A stretch of 64,000 nt of DNA from a virus. The translations under genes and the position numbers were made by a program. Each line of letters begins with the position of its first letter. Positions within the stretch are counted from its first letter, which is position 1. Below are positions 38,724-48,332 of the stretch, piece after piece. Below the pieces are notes generated by a model. It did no database searches. It had not been told where the DNA came from and worked only from the letters and a program-made list of their open reading frames with translations. The stretch lies in the UHGV virus genome UHGV-0363627; one strand, given 5' to 3'.

Positions 38724-39509
38724 TCATTTAATAGTTAAAGTTTGATTTTCACAAAGTCGAGCAACATTTAATTTAGCTTCTCTAGTAAGAATATAATTTT
38801 TATATCTTGTTTTATCTATATCGACAGACAAACTTCCATCAGTATCTTCATGATTAAAATAAGTATTAACAATATCATAATTTAATTTATCAAGAAGTTT
38901 AATCAAAGGTATGTTAAATTTAATTTCAACACTAGTAGATTCTAAATCATCTTTAGTAAAATTAATTTGATTTTCTTCAGAACATTCAGCATTAAAATTA
39001 GCATTTAATGTACTAAGAAAACTATCAACATCAATGCTTTGTAATTCATTAGAATCTAATAGCATATCATTATTCCATAATTCTCTTAATCTATCAAAAG
39101 CAGCATCTTTTAATTCTAAAACAAGATTAGTATCAACTTCACAAACTTTACTTGCTCTAGTCATTAATTTACTATCATCTAATTCTATTACTTTATTGCC
39201 AGACTTATTAGTATCACCATATTTAAGAACTGCATCTAGCATACTGGCTTTTAATCTATCAACAATTCTTTGTCTTGATTTAGATAAAGCATCTATTCTA
39301 GTTTTTTCATTTTTACAATAATCAATACGAGAAGAAATTTCTGCAATAACTTTTCTATAATTATCAAGTTTTTCTTTAAGATTATCTTGAGTAATTTCAA
39401 GTTCTTTTGCTAATTCTTCTGTTATTTCTCCACCATTTTCAATTATTTCATCTATAATAGATGATAATCTCATATCAATACTATATAAACTTTGATTAAT
39501 TGTTCCCAT
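38724..39509 (-). CDS. hypothetical coiled-coil protein (261 aa)
   Basis: ORF. Confidence 0.5.
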   Translation of the reverse strand: MGTINQSLYSIDMRLSSIIDEIIENGGEITEELAKELEITQDNLKEKLDNYRKVIAEISSRIDYCKNEKTRIDALSKSRQRIVDRLKASMLDAVLKYGDTNKSGNKVIELDDSKLMTRASKVCEVDTNLVLELKDAAFDRLRELWNNDMLLDSNELQSIDVDSFLSTLNANFNAECSEENQINFTKDDLESTSVEIKFNIPLIKLLDKLNYDIVNTYFNHEDTDGSLSVDIDKTRYKNYILTREAKLNVARLCENQTLTIK

Positions 39510-39510
39510 A

Positions 39511-39684
39511 TCAATAATTCTTTACTGTTTCAATAATAGTTGATTTAATTTTACCGCAATTAGAACAACGATTGATAATAATTTTACCAATCACATTTCC
39601 TCGAACATCTTTGCATTCTTCTTCTTTATAAATTTCATATTTATGTAAATGAAGAAAACATTTTAAATCTTGCAACTTATTCAT
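39511..39684 (-). CDS. small zinc-ribbon-like protein (~57 aa, MNKLQDLKCFLHLHKYE...NRCSNCGK...); not in the supplied ORF track
   Basis: My manual translation of the 175-bp gap between annotated ORFs gives a C/H-x-x-C pattern. The frame and ends are approximate. Confidence 0.3.
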   Translation of the reverse strand: MNKLQDLKCFLHLHKYEIYKEEECKDVRGNVIGKIIINRCSNCGKIKSTIIETVKNY

Positions 39685-39686
39685 AT

Positions 39687-40559
39687 TTATCCTTCTCTAA
39701 ATTCATAACCTAAATCCATTAATTTATTTCTAATCATACCAGCAATTATACGGGCGTTTTCATGTGGTCGTCCAGTAGTTCCATAATATCTTAAATCTAA
39801 TATATGACACCATTCTTTATAAGAGTAAGTATATGCACAAATAGTTGCAGTATCAAGAGGAAGAACACCGCGAGCATCTTGTCTATTCATTTTATATATA
39901 TCTATAAGACGTTTATATGAACTAAAACTTAAATCACAAGAATCAAAATATTCATTAAGTTTTTTACTACCTACAGAAAATACTTTATGCTCATCATTAT
40001 TTATCATTTCTGCTTCTTCATTCGTCATCCAATGAGGTCTACAAAGAGTTCCATCTTCATATACATATCTAGTACTTCTTTCAGCAATACTATTAGGAGA
40101 AACTCTATTAAGTTCTCTACTAGTACTAATTTGAGTAGTAACTTTAAATGTATATCTTAACATAGGCATAGTTATTTGTCTATGTTCTTCAATACTAATA
40201 AATTTATGTCTATCTACTTGATATTGTTTAATTAATTTAATAAAAGGATAATCTTCATTATCCATTATAAAATTTCTATTTGTAGAAACATAAGTATAGC
40301 CATCAAACACATGAATATTAATATAAGGACAATTAGCATAATAAGCAGCTAAATCTCCTAAATTTCTATCATGATTAGGTATCATTGCATAAACACTTTC
40401 ATGACGAAACATACTCCAATGTTTATCATTAATCAATCTTCTTATAGTAGCTTCATCATTACCTGTTTCTCTACCATAACAAACTCTTGCACATCTTGCA
40501 ACATGAGCTTTAGCATCTTCTTGTAACCAAAGTTCAACTGAAGGTTCAATAATTTTCAT
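39687..40559 (-). CDS. thyX: flavin-dependent thymidylate synthase ThyX
   Basis: N-terminal AHVARCARVCYG and ERSTRYV (S-x-RY) match ThyX signature elements. Length is 290 aa. Nucleotide-metabolism genes cluster here. Confidence 0.6.
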   Translation of the reverse strand: MKIIEPSVELWLQEDAKAHVARCARVCYGRETGNDEATIRRLINDKHWSMFRHESVYAMIPNHDRNLGDLAAYYANCPYINIHVFDGYTYVSTNRNFIMDNEDYPFIKLIKQYQVDRHKFISIEEHRQITMPMLRYTFKVTTQISTSRELNRVSPNSIAERSTRYVYEDGTLCRPHWMTNEEAEMINNDEHKVFSVGSKKLNEYFDSCDLSFSSYKRLIDIYKMNRQDARGVLPLDTATICAYTYSYKEWCHILDLRYYGTTGRPHENARIIAGMIRNKLMDLGYEFREG

Positions 40560-40570
40560 ATCAATTATAA

Positions 40571-40984
40571 TTAAAAATTCGACAAATCTAAATTAATATC
40601 ATTACGAAGAAAATCAAAATCTTTTGGATGCATATAATTAATTTTATCCAATGCTTCAACATTATCAAAATAATTTTCAAGAGCATTATCATTTATAAAT
40701 ATATAACTACCAAATCTAATTGTATCTTCTTCTTCAAATGTTTTAATAAACAACGTAGCTATTTCTAGCTTTGCTTTACATTCTGGACAAACTACACCAT
40801 TAATAGTATTAATTTCTTTTGAGCAATCTCTGTTCATTGTATTAAAGAAAGGTGTATAAAACATCGGTTTCTTACATATATAACAAACAGTAGGTGCAGC
40901 ATTAACACCATAATCAGGATGATTTTTAAGTACATTGTAGCTTGCCCGTAGGGAATGCCTACCATTATAACTACAATACTTCAT
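40571..40984 (-). CDS. hypothetical protein (137 aa); N-terminus contains a repeat copy in frame (SLRAS)
   Basis: ORF. Confidence 0.45.
   Translation of the reverse strand: MKYCSYNGRHSLRASYNVLKNHPDYGVNAAPTVCYICKKPMFYTPFFNTMNRDCSKEINTINGVVCPECKAKLEIATLFIKTFEEEDTIRFGSYIFINDNALENYFDNVEALDKINYMHPKDFDFLRNDINLDLSNF
40938..40957 (-). repeat. 21-bp repeat copy 17, in CDS 40571..40984 (HSLRAS)
   Basis: tAGCTTGCCCGTAGGGAATG. Confidence 0.7.
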
Positions 40985-41873
40985 CTTTTATAACTTTAGC
41001 TATTTCATTATATAAATCTTGTAAACTACCATTATTATAAATAGTTTTATCAGCATTAATATTTATCTCTTCGCTAACATGATTACTATTATAATATTCT
41101 ATATGAGCATCATCTCGCCAAATACGAATAACTTTACCGCCTGCTTTATGAATAGCTTCTTCTTCATCTTTAAATCTAACATCTGGTATAATACATAAAG
41201 AATATCTATTAGCTATTTCATGAGCATTATTAATAGTAGGTCTAATCCAAACATTATTATCAAATCTTTTCTTCATTAATTCTGTTCCAATAAATTGAAG
41301 AAGAGTTCTAATAGTAATAGCAATTTTACCGTCAAATTGTTTTATATAATTAATTAATCCTGTAACTTCTAAACTTTTAATATCAATTAATTTATAATCA
41401 TTAGGATAATTATCTCCAACCAACTTTTGTTTATCCCAAAGATAATAACCTTTATCTTTATTTTCATTAATTTGTTTTATACTAAGTCCTGTTATAATAG
41501 AAAGAACTTGTTTTAATGGGTCGGCAAAATGAATAATTAAATCTTCTCTTAATAAAGCATTTGTAACATAATATCTTTTATTCCATTTATCATAAGTTGG
41601 ATTATTAACTAATAATTGATACGTAATAATACTGGCAACAACATCTTTACCACTATGTGCTTTGCCAGCAATTCCAATAATTTTAGCTTGTTTCATATCT
41701 TTAAATTTATAAGTTATCGTAACAAATATAATATTATTATCAATATCATCAAAACAAACAATCAAGAAATATTTGGCAGAAATAAATTTTCTATTTCGCA
41801 TTTCTAGCCATTCTGACATACTTTTGTCAAAATCCTTACAATGTATCACGACAATATAGAAAATCAAATACAT
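40971..41873 (-). CDS. deoxynucleoside monophosphate kinase-like P-loop protein; real start probably the internal ATG near 41699 (MKQAKIIGIAGKAHSGKD)
   Basis: Walker A IGIAGKAHSGKD resembles T4 gp1 dNMP kinase G-x-x-G-x-GKD. The first ~58 codons are AT-rich leader-like. Confidence 0.45.
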   Translation of the reverse strand: MYLIFYIVVIHCKDFDKSMSEWLEMRNRKFISAKYFLIVCFDDIDNNIIFVTITYKFKDMKQAKIIGIAGKAHSGKDVVASIITYQLLVNNPTYDKWNKRYYVTNALLREDLIIHFADPLKQVLSIITGLSIKQINENKDKGYYLWDKQKLVGDNYPNDYKLIDIKSLEVTGLINYIKQFDGKIAITIRTLLQFIGTELMKKRFDNNVWIRPTINNAHEIANRYSLCIIPDVRFKDEEEAIHKAGGKVIRIWRDDAHIEYYNSNHVSEEININADKTIYNNGSLQDLYNEIAKVIKDEVL

Positions 41874-41975
41874 GCAAAATCTGACCTATTCTGAGCCATG
41901 TTTTGATATGTTTTGGATATAAACAAAAAATGCTGCCGACAATGACTTATCATCATTATCAGCAGCAATAACTTC

Positions 41976-42407
41976 TCATCGTATTTTATAAATAATACAA
42001 TCAGGATTTTCTCTTTCTTGAACTAATTTTACATCTATATTAGTATCTTGTGTTATATCATAAAATATATCTTTAGTATAAATTTTATATCCACCTGTAT
42101 AATCTCTAACTAACGGAATAGCATTATTAACTTTATCTTTATAAAGACAAACATAATAACTTCGTTCATTAGTTTCAGCATCATATTTATGTAATATCTG
42201 ATATGATTTAGCTTTATAATCAGTAAATATAATTATACTTTGAAAGAATACTGAATAATAACTTTTATTTCTATCAAATACTTTATTAGATATAACTTCA
42301 AATTCAAGATTAATATCTCCTGTTATCTTCTGTGTAGGTTTAGCCGTCTTGACATTCCCTACGGGCAAGCTACGTTTTACAAAATTAAATCTTACATTTT
42401 TTACCAT
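41976..42407 (-). CDS. hypothetical protein (143 aa)
   Basis: ORF whose N-terminus contains a repeat copy (RSLPVGNV). Confidence 0.45.
   Translation of the reverse strand: MVKNVRFNFVKRSLPVGNVKTAKPTQKITGDINLEFEVISNKVFDRNKSYYSVFFQSIIIFTDYKAKSYQILHKYDAETNERSYYVCLYKDKVNNAIPLVRDYTGGYKIYTKDIFYDITQDTNIDVKLVQERENPDCIIYKIR
42353..42372 (+). repeat. 21-bp repeat copy 18, in CDS 41976..42407 (RSLPVGN)
   Basis: CATTCCCTACGGGCAAGCTA. Confidence 0.7.
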
Positions 42408-42408
42408 T

Positions 42409-43599
42409 CTAATCTATTAAATAAACTTCTCTAATATGAAATGGACAATTAGTAACTCCACTTCTTTCGCCAAAAGCAATAAACACACTTTTACCTATAT
42501 ATTTTTCTTTATTATCAAGTATTTCTTTTTGTCGTTCATGTGGATAACTAAATCTTGTTTCAAAAGTTTCATTATTAATATCATTACGACAAGTTATAAT
42601 AGGTAAATCTCTTTTTTGTTCTTTTTGAATATCAATAATAACAAATCTTCCATCAGTTTTATCTTTATATTTAGTTAGAAAACCAACTCTACGTTTACCA
42701 AATTGATATTCAACATTAGGATTACGAAGTATAAGACCTTCAAAACCAAGTTTTATAAAACAATCACGAGCATATATAGCAGTATAATCATTTGATATTT
42801 CAACACGAGGAAGATAAACTAATCTATTAGTATTATTTAGATGAGCATCTTTATTTGCAAATAAAATTCTATGATTGTTTAAATAATTATCAAGAATATC
42901 AAATCTATGCTCTTGTGTCATATCAGCGATAGCTAAATCATAACACCAAAATTGTAATAGTTTATTTCTATCATCAGTTTTATCTTTAACAAAATGATTA
43001 ATCTCATTTATACTATAACCAGGAAGATAAACTTCACCATCAAGAACAAAATGTTCAATCACCATTAAATCTAATAATTCTTTTGGCAATACTGATAATA
43101 AATAATCTTCAAGACTATCAAGAGTAGTCCAAATAAGACCTTCTCTACTTTGAAATCTTAATCGTGTAGAAGCAAATATATCATTATCTTGATAAGCAGA
43201 TATAAAACATCTTAAACCATTAATTTTCCATTGTCCTAGCATTAATGAATATTTCTTCCATAAATTGCTATTATAAGTTTTCGCTAACATAGCAAGAAGA
43301 ACATCATTGTTATTATTACTTCTATCATAAGGAAGATAATTATTCAAATAATCTAAAGAAGGAAAATCATTAACAGTATTGTCATCACGTATTTCATTAG
43401 CAAACATATATCCTTGTTTAACTTTTTCATTAATACGTGATTTAACTTCTTTCAAACCATCTTTTTGAGTAACAATATATTTTTCTTGACGAATAGTTTT
43501 ACCAACAACTCCATATTGTACAACTATTGAATTATCATTTAACTCAACACCCCAACAACATGGTTGTCCAGTATTATTTCTTCTAAATAACCATTGCAT
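42409..43599 (-). CDS. ATP-dependent DNA ligase (putative)
   Basis: WKINGLRCFI resembles ligase motif I (K-x-D/N-G-x-R), and EGLILRNP resembles motif IV (EGL-I-x-K/R). Size is 396 aa. Confidence 0.45.
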   Translation of the reverse strand: MQWLFRRNNTGQPCCWGVELNDNSIVVQYGVVGKTIRQEKYIVTQKDGLKEVKSRINEKVKQGYMFANEIRDDNTVNDFPSLDYLNNYLPYDRSNNNNDVLLAMLAKTYNSNLWKKYSLMLGQWKINGLRCFISAYQDNDIFASTRLRFQSREGLIWTTLDSLEDYLLSVLPKELLDLMVIEHFVLDGEVYLPGYSINEINHFVKDKTDDRNKLLQFWCYDLAIADMTQEHRFDILDNYLNNHRILFANKDAHLNNTNRLVYLPRVEISNDYTAIYARDCFIKLGFEGLILRNPNVEYQFGKRRVGFLTKYKDKTDGRFVIIDIQKEQKRDLPIITCRNDINNETFETRFSYPHERQKEILDNKEKYIGKSVFIAFGERSGVTNCPFHIREVYLID

Positions 43600-43600
43600 A

Positions 43601-44089
43601 TTATTTCTTATTAAAATTAAATACTAATTTACCTTCAGGTATTTTAATCTTTTTCGACCTAACAATACCACCTTTATCATTAATAGTACTTATAGTAGTT
43701 TCTCCAGTAAACATATCCGTTGTTCTAGCTTTTCTAGTACTTCTAGAATTTTTACTAACTTTTCTTTTTCCATCTTTATAAGGATTCATTGGAGGATTAA
43801 GTTTTTCATATTCGAGATTAGCGGCAATTCTTTCATTAAGTTTATCACAATACAAATTATATTGTTCATCACTTAATATATTTTTTGCAACAGCATCTTT
43901 AATAGTATAATCATATCTTGCTAAATCAGCATAATAAGTATAATAAGTAGTCGCTGTTATTCTCATACCATCAGGAAGATGTCTTGTAACATCTAAACTA
44001 TGTAACAATTCATCTAAAACTTTACAATGTCCTTTATTATTAATTTCACTATTAATAAAATTAATATCTATTTTATCCAATTCTATCAT
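43601..44089 (-). CDS. hypothetical protein (162 aa)
   Basis: ORF. Confidence 0.45.
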   Translation of the reverse strand: MIELDKIDINFINSEINNKGHCKVLDELLHSLDVTRHLPDGMRITATTYYTYYADLARYDYTIKDAVAKNILSDEQYNLYCDKLNERIAANLEYEKLNPPMNPYKDGKRKVSKNSRSTRKARTTDMFTGETTISTINDKGGIVRSKKIKIPEGKLVFNFNKK

Positions 44090-44514
44090 AAATCAACTTT
44101 TTTACATCTATATATTAATATATTCTTTGGTTTTCCAATAAGTAAATGATTATATTTAAACCATAGTATTACATTACCTGTTGAATAAGTTTTAGGAATT
44201 TTACCTTCATATTTAACAATACCTTCTTCGTAATTAAAATTACTATGTATAGTGTTAGAAAAATCATCTTGATTAATTAAATTAAATTTCTTAATATATT
44301 CAACATTTTCTTTATCTGATAAATCAATATCACCATAACAATATATATTATCGCTAGTAATTGTTTTATCATCAATAATAATTTTTCTATTTGCTTCTAA
44401 TTCTTCAACTTGTTCATCAGTTAAAGGTATCATCGCAGCAACTTCTTTTGCATAATTATTAAAACGGCAAAGTATTGCTCTCTTCCGTATTCCAATCAAT
44501 TTCAATGTTTTCAT
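44086..44514 (-). CDS. hypothetical protein (142 aa)
   Basis: ORF overlapping neighbours. Confidence 0.4.
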   Translation of the reverse strand: MKTLKLIGIRKRAILCRFNNYAKEVAAMIPLTDEQVEELEANRKIIIDDKTITSDNIYCYGDIDLSDKENVEYIKKFNLINQDDFSNTIHSNFNYEEGIVKYEGKIPKTYSTGNVILWFKYNHLLIGKPKNILIYRCKKVDL

Positions 44515-45646
44515 CTTCTTGTATATAATTTATTACATTTTTAAATAAATTGTCAATAACTTGTATAGAGTAATTTTGTCTTAATTCAGCAAAATCTTTA
44601 CATTCATATTCTTTAGGAATAAGTATAGGAGTAATATTGAATTCCTTCTTTAAATATATAGCTTCTTTTTTACCAGTCATATCATTATCCATAAGACTGA
44701 TAATATTATATCTATCTTTTATATTATTAAGAAGATATTCATATTCTCTATCTTTTAATTTATAACTTTCACATGGAATATTAATTAAGCCTATTGTAGC
44801 TTGCCCGTAGAGGAATGATGACATAGTAGTCTTGTTTAAATAGCTTTTTAAAGCAAGCCTATCTTTAGTAGATTTAGTTATAACTATATAATCATATTTA
44901 TCATTTGTATTAAAATTAAGAACGCCTTCAATATGATTACAATTAGTAATAAATCTAACATCACCTTTCTTACGATTAGGAAAATAAAGTTTAATATTAT
45001 ATATTCCATGTTTATCTTGTCCTAATATATAACCATAACATAAATCTTTTTTATTATGATAATATTTAGGTTCAGGATTAATATTACGATTAATATAAAA
45101 TTGGTCAATAGGATAAACAAAATTAGTATTAAGCAGACTAATATCTATATCAAATTGTTTCCAATAATTTATATCATAATCTTCCCAATTACGAATTACA
45201 AGTTCTATAACATTTTTTCTATTACGAATATTATTAATACCTATATTTATTTCATTATCTAAATTTTCATCCTTTTCTGTTCCATAAAAAATATCTTTAA
45301 AAGTTCTCATTATATGTTTAAGAACTTTCATAAAATCATTTTTATTATTTATATCAATATGTGTATTATACGCATTACTTATTACATAAGCGGCAACATC
45401 AAAACAATCACCCCAAAACATTTCATTACCAAAATCTCTAAACTTTAATTTGTTTTTATTATTGTAACGAAAACCAGCAGAAGGATGAATATCTACTCGT
45501 AAAGGATTGCTTATTAAAGTTCCATTATTAATACAATCTTTTATAATATCTTCTGATATATTTAAATATTTGCTGAATATCTTAATTTGACTAACTTTAG
45601 AGAGTACATAATCTTTACTTATTGTACCATTATTTATGTTTCTCAT
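44459..45646 (-). CDS. putative DNA primase (TOPRIM-like) with C-terminal ...TLPF tail
   Basis: YDYIVITKSTKDRLAL ... ISLMDNDMTGKKEA resembles the TOPRIM DxD...G motif. It sits in the replication block, and its C-terminus ends in LPF like the SSB tail. Confidence 0.35.
   Translation of the reverse strand: MRNINNGTISKDYVLSKVSQIKIFSKYLNISEDIIKDCINNGTLISNPLRVDIHPSAGFRYNNKNKLKFRDFGNEMFWGDCFDVAAYVISNAYNTHIDINNKNDFMKVLKHIMRTFKDIFYGTEKDENLDNEINIGINNIRNRKNVIELVIRNWEDYDINYWKQFDIDISLLNTNFVYPIDQFYINRNINPEPKYYHNKKDLCYGYILGQDKHGIYNIKLYFPNRKKGDVRFITNCNHIEGVLNFNTNDKYDYIVITKSTKDRLALKSYLNKTTMSSFLYGQATIGLINIPCESYKLKDREYEYLLNNIKDRYNIISLMDNDMTGKKEAIYLKKEFNITPILIPKEYECKDFAELRQNYSIQVIDNLFKNVINYIQEDENIEIDWNTEESNTLPF
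44797..44817 (-). repeat. 21-bp repeat copy 19, in primase-like CDS (FLYGQA)
   Basis: TAGCTTGCCCGTAGAGGAATG, exact consensus. Confidence 0.7.
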
Positions 45647-45647
45647 A

Positions 45648-46289
45648 TCAAATTATACCTAATCTTTTTAAATGATATTTAGCTATTATTTCTGCTTGTT
45701 CTTTTTCTTTATATCTACCAAAATAATATTTTTTATTTTTATATATAAATTCTACTCGCCAAAGTTTTTCCGTATTATTAAAATAAATACCTTTAGGATT
45801 AACAAAATTATTTCTATTATGACTATTTAAAGAATAAGTTGTTTCTCTTAAATTACATTTTCTATTATCAAATTTATTTTGATTTATATGGTCTATTATA
45901 GTATTATTACATTTTTTCGGTAGTATGAGTTGATGTAATAATATTTGTTTATTATTTTTATAAGTAACAACATATCCAGCACTAGTTATAGTCCATCTAT
46001 AATGTTCACATTTGCTTACATCTTCAATATCAATTATAGCTTTATTTATTATATTATTTTTTTTATCTGTTATTAATATTTCTGCATAATTATCATATAT
46101 ATTTATTTTACTATAATCATTAGATGTTTGAACTATGCATCCATGCCGTTTCATTTGTAAATAATGTCTATTACATAATCCTTTATATTTGACAGGATTA
46201 TTACAACCTTCTACAGAACAACATTTAATCATATCAATAATATTTATATTAATAAAAAAATGGCTAGAACTAATTAAAGTCCTAGCCAT
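45648..46289 (-). CDS. free-standing HNH homing-type endonuclease with AP2 DNA-binding domain
   Basis: CSVEGCNNPVKYKGLCNRHY and IDHINQNKFDNRKCNLRETT form an HNH zinc-finger/catalytic motif. C-terminal WRVEFIYKNKKYYFGRYKEKEQAEIIAKYHLKRLG is AP2-like. Confidence 0.65.
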   Translation of the reverse strand: MARTLISSSHFFININIIDMIKCCSVEGCNNPVKYKGLCNRHYLQMKRHGCIVQTSNDYSKINIYDNYAEILITDKKNNIINKAIIDIEDVSKCEHYRWTITSAGYVVTYKNNKQILLHQLILPKKCNNTIIDHINQNKFDNRKCNLRETTYSLNSHNRNNFVNPKGIYFNNTEKLWRVEFIYKNKKYYFGRYKEKEQAEIIAKYHLKRLGII

Positions 46290-46307
46290 TCTACTAACAA
46301 TTAAATA

Positions 46308-47303
46308 TTAAAATGGTAAATCTTCACCGCTAACAGGAGTACCATAATTTGCATTAGGGTCAAATGCTCCAGCACCACCAATAGGAGTAGCACCACCCAT
46401 ACCAATATTAGTAGGAGTTACTCCAGTAGTAGGAACTCCTGGAATAGCTGGCATGTTAGGAGTTTTAGGTTTATTTGGAACTTCTTTGTCAGTTACAGAT
46501 TCTTTAGAAACATCAACTCTCAAATTAGGAGCTTTATCTTGATGATAAATTTCAATAGCACCTTCACCAACAAAATTAGTAAAACTATAATCACCAGCTT
46601 GATTACCTGAAGCTACAGGTGTCCAATACATTTCTTTAGTTTTTCTATCACGAACTCGAACATATTTAAGCAACTTCATCCAAATAGGAAGAATTCCACC
46701 TTTATCATTCTTGTAATATGGTTTGCCATCATTTTCAAGAATAGCAATAAAGTTTTCAAATAATGCTCTCCAACCAGCTAATACTTCTTCTGGCTCAACA
46801 GGAACATATTGTCCTTCTTCATCAGTATCAACATAAGAAAGTGCAAGTTTATCTTCCATTTCTTCTGTCATTGGTTTACCACGAAGAACAAATACATCAA
46901 GAATATGTTTAAGCCATCCCATTTGCTGATTAAACTTCCATTCTTCATCACCACCTTCAATAGTCAATGCACTACTTTCAACAGGCATTACACGAAGAGT
47001 AATATAACGTCTATCAGTTTCTTTATCATGATTACTAGCAAAAGTAAATGCAAGATAAGGAACAGCAAGACCAGCAAACGATGTAGCATTATCTTCTTTC
47101 TGTGTTGCCCATTTCATTTCAACAGTATCAAGATGACCAATAAACAAACCGTTAGAACGATTATAATCATCTTTAGAAAATTTCAATCTACTAGCACCAC
47201 GAACACTTCCTAAACCTCTACGTTTCTTTTTCGGAGTTTCAACATTAGCACCATTAACATTAGCCTCTTCAACATTTGTAACTTGTGGATTAATTGTAGT
47301 CAT
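46308..47303 (-). CDS. putative single-stranded DNA-binding protein (acidic ...GEDLPF C-terminal tail)
   Basis: Gly-rich flexible C-terminus ending DLPF mirrors the SSB D-I/L-PF protein-interaction tail. It is located in the replication block, and its GC is higher than its surroundings. Confidence 0.35.
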   Translation of the reverse strand: MTTINPQVTNVEEANVNGANVETPKKKRRGLGSVRGASRLKFSKDDYNRSNGLFIGHLDTVEMKWATQKEDNATSFAGLAVPYLAFTFASNHDKETDRRYITLRVMPVESSALTIEGGDEEWKFNQQMGWLKHILDVFVLRGKPMTEEMEDKLALSYVDTDEEGQYVPVEPEEVLAGWRALFENFIAILENDGKPYYKNDKGGILPIWMKLLKYVRVRDRKTKEMYWTPVASGNQAGDYSFTNFVGEGAIEIYHQDKAPNLRVDVSKESVTDKEVPNKPKTPNMPAIPGVPTTGVTPTNIGMGGATPIGGAGAFDPNANYGTPVSGEDLPF

Positions 47304-47411
47304 AACTTAATTAAGTTTTAAAAGATTAATAACTATTTTGTACAAAATAAGGCTGTACAATCAACATTAGTATCATGTACAGCCTTTGAAAATCATTTTT
47401 ATAACAGAAGA

Positions 47412-48242
47412 TTATTCAGCAGAAGTTTCTTCATTTTCTCCTTCTTCGTTATCTTTCTTACGAGTAGATTCAACATCACGATATTCTTTCAATACAGCAG
47501 CTTTAATTGTTACATCTTTGCAACCATCATTGATAACAACATCCATAAGTTCTGTAATATCAACAGAGAAAATACGACTATGAGATTTCATTGTTTCTCC
47601 CATATTAGCTTTCAATGCAGTCCATACAGAAGCATCAGCAAATGTAACAACATTACCAATACCAACAAACTTAGAAGGATTAGCGCATTTAGCACCACGA
47701 TATTTATCAACAACTTCGGGCTGCAATGAATTAGCAATCATTTCAATCTGTGCTTCTTTAGTCATACCTTCAGCAGTCAAAGCAGCAACAAAATCAGCTT
47801 CACCATTAGCTTTTGCACTTTCAAAGATATTATCAAAGTCATTAGTCACATAAGCCATCTTAGCATCCTTAGTCCATCTTTCAGAAACTTTTATAGGATT
47901 ACCTTTAGCATCAAATTCCTGAATACCTTTAGCAACAGCCCACATATCAAATGCTTCGTGAATAGCATCAATACCAGCAGGAGAAGTAATATCAATATTA
48001 TTTTCTTGACACCATGCTACCAATTCTTCATCTTTCTGTGCAATAGCCATATCAATAGCAGCAGTGTTACCAACAAACATTACATAATCACCACTTGCAA
48101 TACCTAAAGCACGAGTAACAGGAGCAGTCAATCTAAAAGAACCAGGAGTTGTATTAGCAATAAGTTCAGGCTCAGCAACTACACCACGTTTTGCAAGATT
48201 AACTACTGACATACCGAAAGACAATTTACCAAATGTTTTCAT
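47412..48242 (-). CDS. hypothetical protein (276 aa), GC-richer than surroundings, acidic C-terminus
   Basis: ORF with distinct codon composition. Confidence 0.55.
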   Translation of the reverse strand: MKTFGKLSFGMSVVNLAKRGVVAEPELIANTTPGSFRLTAPVTRALGIASGDYVMFVGNTAAIDMAIAQKDEELVAWCQENNIDITSPAGIDAIHEAFDMWAVAKGIQEFDAKGNPIKVSERWTKDAKMAYVTNDFDNIFESAKANGEADFVAALTAEGMTKEAQIEMIANSLQPEVVDKYRGAKCANPSKFVGIGNVVTFADASVWTALKANMGETMKSHSRIFSVDITELMDVVINDGCKDVTIKAAVLKEYRDVESTRKKDNEEGENEETSAE

Positions 48243-48332
48243 AATTGTAAAATTTTAAATGTGAATAAATAAATTAATTATATTAATACAAATAGCATTA
48301 ATCAAAGTTTTAAGAGTTTGACTAATTCAACT

